Positions 21,001 to 28,056 of a DNA stretch of 64,000 nt are shown piece by piece. Position 1 is the first letter of the stretch, and the number at the start of each line of letters is the position of its first letter. Origin of the DNA: Bacteroidales bacterium H4 (lineage in GTDB: Bacteria; Bacteroidota; Bacteroidia; Bacteroidales; Muribaculaceae); the NCBI GenBank assembly GCA_001701165.1, contig DAAP01000044.1, positions 2,008 through 66,007 on the forward strand, written 5' to 3'. Under the pieces are notes generated by a model. That model was not told the DNA's origin and made no database searches. It saw only the letters and a list, made by a program, of their open reading frames with translations. A program made the position numbers and the translations under genes.

Positions 21001-21357
21001 TTCACCGATGCCGATGACGTCGACTCCGAAATCTCGCTGTCCATCGTTCCGGCCAATGACACTCAGCTCGAAGACATCGCCGATGTCACCATCGAAGGCA
21101 AACAGTTGACCATCACGCCTAAATCCTTTGGCGATGCCACACTGCGTCTGCGCTCGGTATCGCGCGGCCACGTGGCTTACCACGACATCGCAATCAAGAT
21201 TGCCAAGGTAGGCGTGGACGACGTTGCCGTTGATACCAACGACTCGGCAGTCGAGTACTTCAACCTGCAAGGTGTACGCGTCGATGCAGACAACCTGACC
21301 CCCGGCATCTACGTACGCCGCCAGGGCAATAAGGCCGTTAAAGTCATCATCAAGTAA
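18025..21357 (+). CDS. Large cell-surface protein: BspA-type leucine-rich repeats, Big_2-like Ig domains, a DUF5074-like beta-propeller and a T9SS C-terminal sorting domain
   Basis: LRR_5-type repeats (ITYDGKDYKVTGIDDNAFAYGYQITGLEIEEGIETIGKNAFFNCSGLTELSFPASVTEIGDYAFNSC...). The propeller module (GMFWLNEEWFGHCSGSINF, RLVVMSKQ, KFYLTHNAGVRV, YAFVVQQGKGLHVID, YYWFPAMPV) is collinear with the two ~468-aa paralogues. The CTD ends ...VEYFNLQGVRVDADNLTPGIYVRRQGNKAVKVIIK. Confidence 0.8.
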   Translation: MNYKSLLIGALGCFIALTANARDIEVDGLYYSTKSDGTATVRAPLSSETKPSGDIVIPASITYDGKDYKVTGIDDNAFAYGYQITGLEIEEGIETIGKNAFFNCSGLTELSFPASVTEIGDYAFNSCTKVTYIDFPTGLKVAGPIFQSCINLTNVRFNWKCVVTELNGTFQDCRVLPRISIPSTVVSIGDNTFDGCKSLAEVSFSGSNLKTIGDWAFNGNKFTTLEIPEGVEEIGDMALGAMNGDWNTNKTMTSVILPSTLKKIAYNAFNNCGALTDLTIKPADEPLKIVSFSDYYVKMFLSCPEDLSSTTCPLKTLVLGRQLVTESSGTDITDDVFSVKSALEDLFFCGSVTKTPNISNASNVKYITVATTAIPTAGNFNDGIKATALVTVPAGGREAYSAVDGWKDFTSLANPSGVELSIADLTPDANGVYAIGLKKSYALTATINDEDTSAKNLTYTAGVNSVLSYSTYNGKVTSGTKGDAYIYVESSENPAVRGVLVAKVAPIKPVTSITLDGVVDGVLRVPYNSMIAANPVIEPADADLTDFTISIEDPTMCTIYAAKAFNPTRNFYELTTFKLGETNVTYTAADGSGTQLTFKLVVEDRDRETPIDYTKGMFWLNEEWFGHCSGSINFVGDDYTFTGKVYERENPFQAFGATSQFATVYADRLVVMSKQPRDGGDLRGTEAGGGRVVIADAKTLKKIAAFDEIGGDGRAACGVGPDKFYLTHNAGVRVCRAQGDTYVLDAADIAGIGGGTNLYANQMGDIIAAGKYAFVVQQGKGLHVIDTASDTYVKTIEESNAQGVVLAADGNVWFMATKKLYCIDPQTADVLKEVAINQSVACQWGSWRHTNFLAAKKKNVLYWMDGGSWSGSGKIYAWDMTGDVPTEPLFTLGKREGMNGSTQSQYGTIGYDDANDRLMLATTHGASSNYRYNWYYFVDGSTGEELKSFALTPYYWFPAMPVNPDRAEVVSDIDKIDLDNYNDPKTVDLTDHFTDADDVDSEISLSIVPANDTQLEDIADVTIEGKQLTITPKSFGDATLRLRSVSRGHVAYHDIAIKIAKVGVDDVAVDTNDSAVEYFNLQGVRVDADNLTPGIYVRRQGNKAVKVIIK

Positions 21358-21379
21358 CACCAGCAACACACTAATCCGA

Positions 21380-22783
21380 ATGACCTTCAGACATTTATTG
21401 TCTGCCTCAATCCTTACAGCCACTGTCGCCGCACTATCGGCGACAGCGGCTGCCGAGGATTTGGACGGCGGATTTTTTATCCTCAACGAAGACTGGTACG
21501 GACATCAGAATTCCACCATCAACTACCTGCGTCCGGACGACCCTGACGGAGTATACTGGGATTACCGTGTATTCCAAAGCCGCAATCCGGGCAAGGAACT
21601 CGGATGCACCGCCCAGCACGGCATCGCTTGGGGCGGACGCCTGTATCTCATAGCCAAACAAGAAAAGGACCCCGGAGCATCTATCGTCGGCGCACGTATC
21701 ACCGTGTGCGATGCCAAGACAATGGAGTGCTTAGCCCAGCTCACCGAGATTGACCCCTCGGGCAAGCGTTGCGACGGACGCGGCGCTTGCGGCGTATCGC
21801 TCGAAAAGGTGTACATATCCTCGTCCAACGGCATTTGGATTTTCGATACTCGAAGCCTGACGATTACCGGGCAGATACCCGGCACGGAGAACCCCAACGG
21901 CACCGGCGGAGCCACTACGGACCCCTCGGGAGCTCTTTACAAAGGACAATGCGGAACTATGGTGCCGGCTGACGGCCTCGTATTTGCCGCACACCAGCAG
22001 TCCGGACTTCTGATAATAGACCCGAACACGGATAGAGTCATCAAGACAATATCGATGGATGTCGTCCAAGACGGCGCCGGCATAGGCTCGATAGTCAAGG
22101 ATCGCACCGGCATCCTGTGGATTTCGACAGACAAGAACATCCGCGGCACCGGCAATCCGCTGCGCAAGCTGGTACGTCTCAATCCCAAGACGCTGGAGTA
22201 TACCATCGTCACCCTCCCCGATGACGTACTGCCGCCCAACAACTCGTGGTACGCCTGGACACCCGATGCCTTCTGCGCAAGTGCCAAGCAAGACTACCTC
22301 TACTGGCGTGCAAATTCCGGCAAAGGGCAAGCCGCTTGGTTCAACGGAGTATACCTGTATCGCTTCAACACCGTCACCCAAAAAGCCGAAGTCATACGCA
22401 ACTTCAAGGAAGAAGGCGCCGGATGGAGCATCTACGGCTGCTCGCTGCGCGTACATCCCGTCACCGACGAAATATATATGTCCCTGTATCAGGGCAACCA
22501 AAAGACCACGTATATCACGCGTCGCTGCGATGCCGATGGCAATACCATCAAGGATTACCCGATGATAGCCAACTATTGGTTCCCCTCGCTGCCGATATTC
22601 ACCGAGGACGACCCCTATCCGCTGACTGTAAGCGACATCACTATTGACGACACCACCTCGGCTCCCGTCGAGTACTACAACCTCCAGGGCATACGTGTAG
22701 CAGCCGAAGACGGCAGCTCACTCCCCGCAGGCGTGTACATCCGCCGCCAAGGCACACATACATCAAAAATTCTCGTCCGCTAA
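21380..22783 (+). CDS. Secreted beta-propeller protein with a T9SS C-terminal sorting domain, paralogue 2
   Basis: Collinear with 15480..16889 (GGFFILNEDWYGHQNSTINYLRPDDPDG, RLYLIAKQEKDPGAS, KVYISSSNGIWIFD, YWFPSLPIFTEDD). The CTD ends ...YYNLQGIRVAAEDGSSLPAGVYIRRQGTHTSKILVR. Confidence 0.75.
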   Translation: MTFRHLLSASILTATVAALSATAAAEDLDGGFFILNEDWYGHQNSTINYLRPDDPDGVYWDYRVFQSRNPGKELGCTAQHGIAWGGRLYLIAKQEKDPGASIVGARITVCDAKTMECLAQLTEIDPSGKRCDGRGACGVSLEKVYISSSNGIWIFDTRSLTITGQIPGTENPNGTGGATTDPSGALYKGQCGTMVPADGLVFAAHQQSGLLIIDPNTDRVIKTISMDVVQDGAGIGSIVKDRTGILWISTDKNIRGTGNPLRKLVRLNPKTLEYTIVTLPDDVLPPNNSWYAWTPDAFCASAKQDYLYWRANSGKGQAAWFNGVYLYRFNTVTQKAEVIRNFKEEGAGWSIYGCSLRVHPVTDEIYMSLYQGNQKTTYITRRCDADGNTIKDYPMIANYWFPSLPIFTEDDPYPLTVSDITIDDTTSAPVEYYNLQGIRVAAEDGSSLPAGVYIRRQGTHTSKILVR

Positions 22784-22819
22784 GCGCATACAGTATTTTA
22801 TTCGCTTGTCATCATTTTC

Positions 22820-22861
22820 GTAATGGCGTTCTCGTTTGTGTACGCCATTACGTTTATTTTT
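22820..22861 (+). terminator. Rho-independent terminator ending the riboswitch-led gene block
   Basis: Perfect 10-bp stem GTAATGGCGT/ACGCCATTAC with a 12-nt loop, followed by GTTTATTTTT. Confidence 0.65.
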
Positions 22862-22868
22862 CCCAAAG

Positions 22869-22884
22869 GACATTCAGGAATGTC
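22869..22884. promoter_or_regulatory. 16-bp palindrome GACATTC-AG-GAATGTC (candidate operator)
   Basis: Perfect 7-bp arms, located 19 bp upstream of the -7 box of the restriction-modification operon. Confidence 0.35.
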
Positions 22885-22902
22885 ATATAAGAGAAATTTT
22901 GT

Positions 22903-22910
22903 TATCTTTG
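22903..22910 (+). promoter_or_regulatory. Bacteroidetes-type -7 promoter box (TATCTTTG)
   Basis: Exact TAnnTTTG match, 64 nt upstream of the restriction-enzyme ATG. Confidence 0.45.
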
Positions 22911-22973
22911 CAGTATCCTTGCGCAACTTCATCAGCGCATACACAAGTCAAATCCACAAGCACACAAGCAATT

Positions 22974-23714
22974 ATGAGAGACTATAAGCTGGGGTTCATT
23001 TCAAACGAAAACATTTTCAACCATGTTAAAACCACGGTTGAAAGCTATCGCAGGGAGATAACCCTTGACCAGTTTAACCACAACATAGTAGACCCGATAA
23101 AGCTCACTTTTGACTCAAAGATTTATGGGAAGAGCTTACATCAAGCAATCGAGGATGAATGCTTCAGACAGATTGATAAGAGCAACACTAATAACATCGG
23201 CTATTTCCACCAAAATCTATTTAAGTATGCCGGCAATGGATGGTCTGTTCCAAAGCAAGGCTTTGATGTAGAAAATAAAGAATTGCATATTTTTGCCGAG
23301 TTAAAGAATAAACATAATACGATGAACTCCGCATCTTCGCAAAAGACATACATGAAGATGCAGGCAAAATTACTTGATGACGATGAGGCCACGTGTTATC
23401 TTGTCGAAGTGATTTCTAAATGCTCTCGCGATGATGTATGGAGAATATCTCTTGATAACCAACAGCGTGCGCATAAGCATATCAGAAGGATATCTATGGA
23501 CAAGTTCTACGAACTAGTCTTTGGCGACTCACAGGCATTCTATAACCTGTGTATGTCATTGCCCTCTATAATTGAGGATGTAGTGGGTGACAATAAGAAT
23601 CTTATGTATAAAAACACTGTTTACACGGAACTGTCAAAAACGCATAAAGATTTGCTTACATCATTATACCTGCTTGCATTCAGAACCTACGAAGGATTCC
23701 AAGTTTTACAATAA
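22974..23714 (+). CDS. Type II restriction endonuclease (PD-(D/E)xK; possibly Eco47II-family)
   Basis: D-x(n)-E-x-K candidate in GFDVENKELHIFAELKNKHNTMN. It lies 12 nt upstream of an m5C methyltransferase on the same strand, in an AT-rich patch. The family assignment is from memory of Eco47II-family annotations, not from a search. The start is set at MRDYKLGF (22974). Confidence 0.55.
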   Translation: MRDYKLGFISNENIFNHVKTTVESYRREITLDQFNHNIVDPIKLTFDSKIYGKSLHQAIEDECFRQIDKSNTNNIGYFHQNLFKYAGNGWSVPKQGFDVENKELHIFAELKNKHNTMNSASSQKTYMKMQAKLLDDDEATCYLVEVISKCSRDDVWRISLDNQQRAHKHIRRISMDKFYELVFGDSQAFYNLCMSLPSIIEDVVGDNKNLMYKNTVYTELSKTHKDLLTSLYLLAFRTYEGFQVLQ

Positions 23715-23726
23715 ATAACTGTATTT

Positions 23727-25067
23727 ATGCAATTAACAGACGAGTTGTCTTTAAACGTATTTGCGGATATATTAGGCGTGTCTCGTGCTACTGTTGAGTC
23801 TTGGATACGAACAAGGAAGTATACAGCACACTACTCATCAAACGGACACAAGTGTTTTTACGTAAAGGACATATGCAATGTGCCCGAAATTGAGTCAATG
23901 TTAAAGACGAAATGGTATCGGGAACTTGATTCTACACCATTGCGAGAATATACTTCAGTTGAACTTTTCGCCGGAGCAGGAGGCTTAGCGTTAGGCCTGG
24001 AAAAAGCCGGGTTTAAGCATATCCTATTAAACGAATACGACCATAACGCATGTGAAACATTGCGGACAAATCGCCCACAATGGAATGTTGTAGAAAGTGA
24101 TATACATGACCTTGATTTTAGGTCTTATACCGGGGAGGTTGACTTCCTTTCCGGAGGATTTCCTTGTCAAGCATTTTCTTATGCGGGGAAACGCTTAGGA
24201 TTTGAAGAAACGCGTGGTACATTGTTCTTTGAACTTGCAAGAGCTGTAAAAGAGATAGAACCTAAGGTTTTTATGTGTGAAAACGTTAGGGGACTTGTAG
24301 AACATGATGGAGGACGTACATTGCAGACTATCCGCAATGTAATTTCAGACTTGGGATACAAGCTAATTGAGCCACGTGTCCTTCATGCCATTCAATACAA
24401 CGTTCCTCAGAAAAGAGAAAGGCTAATACTTATCGCTGTGCGTAACGACATTATGCCATATGTGCATTATTGTTGGCCCGATGTCTGTGATTATGTGCCA
24501 ACACTTCGCGATGCATTTTACAAAGGCCGTTTATATAAAACAGATGTTCCTTTGTCGTCAGGACAGCTATATCCTGAGTCAAAACGTATAGTTATGGAGA
24601 AAGTGCCGGAAGGAGGCGATTGGCGTAATTTGCCTGAGGACGTGGCACGTCAATATATGAAAGGAAGCTATTTGTTGGGCGGAGGGAAAACTGGTATGGC
24701 TAGACGTCTTTCGATGGACGAACCATCTCTCACCCTGACGTGTGCCCCGGCGCAGAAACAAACCGAACGCTGTCATCCGTATGAGACGAGACCTCTGACA
24801 GTTCGTGAATACGCAAGAATACAAACCTTTCCTGATGATTGGTCCTTTGCAGGGCCATTGTCAGCACAGTATAAACAAATAGGCAATGCAGTCCCCGTTA
24901 ACTTAGCTTGGGCTGTGGGGCGTTCGCTTATACGGCTTTTTAATGAGATAACAGAAAGTGGACTTATGGAGGAGCGACCCAAGGTAAATAAGATTAGACA
25001 TAATTACAGACTTGATGGCATTTTTGATGGCATAGTCTGCGAAAAAGGGGATGAATACAAATCGTAA
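23727..25067 (+). CDS. DNA (cytosine-5)-methyltransferase with an N-terminal helix-turn-helix extension
   Basis: All the classical m5C motifs are present: I ELFAGAGGLALGLEKAGF, IV GGFPCQAFS, VI ENVRGL, VIII QKRERLILIAV, IX TVREYARIQTFPDDW and X GNAVPVNLAWAVG. The first ~60 aa (LSLNVFADILGVSRATVESWIRTRKY) look like an HTH. Confidence 0.92.
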   Translation: MQLTDELSLNVFADILGVSRATVESWIRTRKYTAHYSSNGHKCFYVKDICNVPEIESMLKTKWYRELDSTPLREYTSVELFAGAGGLALGLEKAGFKHILLNEYDHNACETLRTNRPQWNVVESDIHDLDFRSYTGEVDFLSGGFPCQAFSYAGKRLGFEETRGTLFFELARAVKEIEPKVFMCENVRGLVEHDGGRTLQTIRNVISDLGYKLIEPRVLHAIQYNVPQKRERLILIAVRNDIMPYVHYCWPDVCDYVPTLRDAFYKGRLYKTDVPLSSGQLYPESKRIVMEKVPEGGDWRNLPEDVARQYMKGSYLLGGGKTGMARRLSMDEPSLTLTCAPAQKQTERCHPYETRPLTVREYARIQTFPDDWSFAGPLSAQYKQIGNAVPVNLAWAVGRSLIRLFNEITESGLMEERPKVNKIRHNYRLDGIFDGIVCEKGDEYKS

Positions 25068-25135
25068 AGATGTCCGGGCAACCATAGAAGACTAATCTCT
25101 ACGCATATCAATTACGACATAAACTTTTCACTGAA

Positions 25136-26572
25136 TTATTCCTTGGGGGCGACGTAGACATAGGCGCCGAGGTCGGGGGCAGCACCGGCTGTGGCCTGTC
25201 GCGGCAGTCCGTAGGCGTCGCGTGCGGCGGCCGGCAGCATCAGCGAGGCATCACCCGCACCGATGGCCGGCGATTCGGGCTTCAGGCGGTAGTCAAAGAT
25301 GTAATCCTCTCGCACGGTGTAATAGAGAGGATCTTTGTCCCATAGGCAGGCTATGAAGTTGGCATCGTCGCTACCATTCTCTTTGATCAAGACGCGACGC
25401 AAGAATACCTTGGTGCCGGTCAAGTCGCCGTGAGAGAGCATGGAGCCGTTGCCGTAAAGAATACTGTTAGTGATATCGGCTGCCGTGTACGGAAGTTTGG
25501 AGCTGTCATCATTGTCGGCATTGAGATGCTCGAAGGCCAGCGCCGGACCATATATAGCACTGAATAAGTAGTAGTTGGCAAAGGTACAATGGTTGAATAC
25601 GTGTTGCCCGCCGTGCAGCAGCACCAGACCGTTGGAAGCCTCGGCAAATTCGCAGCCTATGGCGGTAATGTTGGCGTGGTACGCTTCGAGGACACGGTCG
25701 CCGGAGTTGCGCAGCCGACTGTTGACAATGGTCAGCATCGGAGTGTCGCCATCGTTGCGCGGCGAGCTGCCGCCATTGACGATAACCCCGTAGTCGGTGT
25801 TGCGTATACATGTGTGGCTAATAACATTGGCACGCGATGAGGGCGCAAACTGCACGCCGCGCCACTGCCGCGACATGAGGTCGAAGGTGATGTCGGTGAT
25901 GACATTGCCGGTGCGGTCGCCGGCGATATTGACGGGATTGTCGACCGTGCCTTGGCTCAACAGGGTGCCGCGCACTATCAGCGACGCACCGTCATGGAAA
26001 CGCAAGTCGGTACCCGGTTCAAGAGTAAGCGTCGCCCCTTCGGCCACTACCAGCGAGTCATACACCTGATAGGGGCGTCCGGCGGTAAGTCGGGTGTCGC
26101 TGTTGTAGGTGACAGCACGCAGACGCTTGACATCCTGACCGGTCGCATTGAGCACCACGGTAGAGCGCACGCCGTTGACGGTGAAGCAGAGGTCGGCATT
26201 GACATCTTGGGGTTGATCCTGGTCGCGTACCGGCAGGGTGGCCTCAACCATCACGAATATCGAGTCTTTGGCACGCACTTCGATGCCTTGGAAGGTCTCG
26301 CCGCTGGCGCCGTCAACATTTATGCGAAAATCCCGAGCCCCCTCGCCTTCGAGATGTATATCGCTGATAAGCATACCTTTGCTATGGCGATTGTATACCG
26401 TCAGGCGGTGCGTCATTGTCACCTCGTCCGTAAAGACTACGCCCATCTTGAGCGTATCGGTGGAAAAAGCCGGCTGGTCTGCCGCCGAAGTCGAAATGCC
26501 GTCCTCGATGCAGGCGTTGAGGCCTATCATGGCGGCTATCACTGCTATGGTGTATAGGATGTGTCGTTGCAT
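25136..26572 (-). CDS. Lipoprotein with a right-handed parallel beta-helix (pectin-lyase-fold) region
   Basis: Lipobox in MQRHILYTIAVIAAMIGLNACIEDG. Repetitive segments rich in N/G/hydrophobic residues (IVNSRLRNSGDRVLEAYHANITAIGCEFAEASNGLVLLHGGQHVFNHCTF) are typical of beta-helix repeats. Confidence 0.55.
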   Translation of the reverse strand: MQRHILYTIAVIAAMIGLNACIEDGISTSAADQPAFSTDTLKMGVVFTDEVTMTHRLTVYNRHSKGMLISDIHLEGEGARDFRINVDGASGETFQGIEVRAKDSIFVMVEATLPVRDQDQPQDVNADLCFTVNGVRSTVVLNATGQDVKRLRAVTYNSDTRLTAGRPYQVYDSLVVAEGATLTLEPGTDLRFHDGASLIVRGTLLSQGTVDNPVNIAGDRTGNVITDITFDLMSRQWRGVQFAPSSRANVISHTCIRNTDYGVIVNGGSSPRNDGDTPMLTIVNSRLRNSGDRVLEAYHANITAIGCEFAEASNGLVLLHGGQHVFNHCTFANYYLFSAIYGPALAFEHLNADNDDSSKLPYTAADITNSILYGNGSMLSHGDLTGTKVFLRRVLIKENGSDDANFIACLWDKDPLYYTVREDYIFDYRLKPESPAIGAGDASLMLPAAARDAYGLPRQATAGAAPDLGAYVYVAPKE

Positions 26573-26657
26573 AAGTCCGTGGTGTGCAAGGCATGTATGC
26601 CTCTATATAATAACGGCTCAATGGCGCGTTTATTGTCCTGCACGATCAGGCACGAAC

Positions 26658-27713
26658 TCAGCGGCGCGGAACTATGATGTACCGAACTCCATCGGCATAA
26701 CAGCCGTTTTGATATGGCTGGTATGTAACGATGATGCCGCTGCGTGTATATACCGGGCGCGGATACCACTTGCCTTCGAGTCTCTCAGCCCCGAAAGGCA
26801 ACGACCATGAGGGATCGTCCAGATCACGAACGTCCGCCGGTATACCGTCAGGGAATATGTCACGGATGCCTAAGAGCTTTCCGGAAGCAACATCCATAGT
26901 CAGGTACAGGCGCATATTTACCGGGTGTGCGCCGCCCGTGTAATACTCGCAGAATATCATCACAGTCAACAGTTTGCCATCGTCGCTACGCCATACAGGA
27001 GCCATCTCCAGATGCAGCGAGGCACGGGGACTGCTGTTGGCGCGGTCAAAGCATCGTTTGATCGACCCGAAAGCGTCGGCGGCATCCTCGGCAGGCATCG
27101 CCGACTCTATGCCATCGGACGGAACGCCCGAATATGCGTACACCGGCATCTGTGCCTCGGCAAAGAGGTTGGCGATATTCATCCCGAAGACTTCGAAAAG
27201 CCGCGCCATGTGCAATGCCCCGGAATCTGTGCCTGTGGGCAGCGTCAACATCAAGTCCAGATACACCGCTTCATTGCCGGGCGAGTAAAGCGTCTTATAA
27301 TATGTACGTGTCGGCATAGGCGCCAACTCCGCTCCGGAGCGTATATCACGAGACAGTGCCTCATTAAGACTAATTCTTACTGTATCGACACCCACAACAA
27401 GACCCAAGCGAGAGGTCGCCGTGTCCACAAGTATGTCGTCAAAAGCGCCGAGCAGGCGTGCCGTGTCGCTGCGCGAGGGGCTGCGGCGACACAGCAGGTG
27501 ATCAGCTACCGGGCTACCGTCGGCGGCAGCCCGCCACGCCTGCGTAACCAGCAGTGTGTCATTGCAGAAAATAGTGTCAGCATACAGCTCGGGGACTGTC
27601 TGTGTCGCTGTTGTTGCGGCTTGTGTCTGTGCCGTCGCCGTAACAGCTTGCGCCCATACAGCGGCAACAGCCGCCACGCACAGTGCAATCAGGGGCATCT
27701 TCTTTAATTCCAT
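26658..27713 (-). CDS. Secreted DUF3298-type protein
   Basis: Signal peptide MELKKMPLIALCVAAVAAVWAQA. Contains YYTGGAHPVNMRLYLTMDVASGKLLGIRDIF and the terminal GIIVTYQPYQNGCYADGVRYIIVP. The ORF-track N-terminal extension to 27908 was discarded. Confidence 0.55.
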   Translation of the reverse strand: MELKKMPLIALCVAAVAAVWAQAVTATAQTQAATTATQTVPELYADTIFCNDTLLVTQAWRAAADGSPVADHLLCRRSPSRSDTARLLGAFDDILVDTATSRLGLVVGVDTVRISLNEALSRDIRSGAELAPMPTRTYYKTLYSPGNEAVYLDLMLTLPTGTDSGALHMARLFEVFGMNIANLFAEAQMPVYAYSGVPSDGIESAMPAEDAADAFGSIKRCFDRANSSPRASLHLEMAPVWRSDDGKLLTVMIFCEYYTGGAHPVNMRLYLTMDVASGKLLGIRDIFPDGIPADVRDLDDPSWSLPFGAERLEGKWYPRPVYTRSGIIVTYQPYQNGCYADGVRYIIVPRR

Positions 27714-27865
27714 ATCAACGTCTTTTGTCGTTTTTATCTTTTGTCGTAACATCCGAGAGCTGCAAAGTGTTCGCAGCCCCTTCCATTCCGCAAATTTAGA
27801 CAAAACTCCCGAGACAACCGCCATCCCGGATACGCCAATCCTATCATTAATCGGCAAGTTACTCA

Positions 27866-27907
27866 TCATTCGGCCAATTTTAAGGTTGGACTTTAAATTT
27901 GTCCGCA
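27866..27907. repeat. 42-bp direct repeat, copy A (TCATTCGGCCAATTTTAAGGTTGGACTTTAAATTTGTCCGCA)
   Basis: Identical over 42 nt to 29238..29279, in the same orientation. Confidence 0.95.
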
Positions 27908-28056
27908 TTTTAAGGCTTGCGTATAGAATTTTTCTCTAATTCTCCGACCGAGATAAAAATAATTTCAAATATTGCTCCTCAATCAAGATCTTCCCCCGCA
28001 AGGGTTTATGCCACAGATAATGCAAACTTAAAGTTCGTACACAAGACGGACAATCG

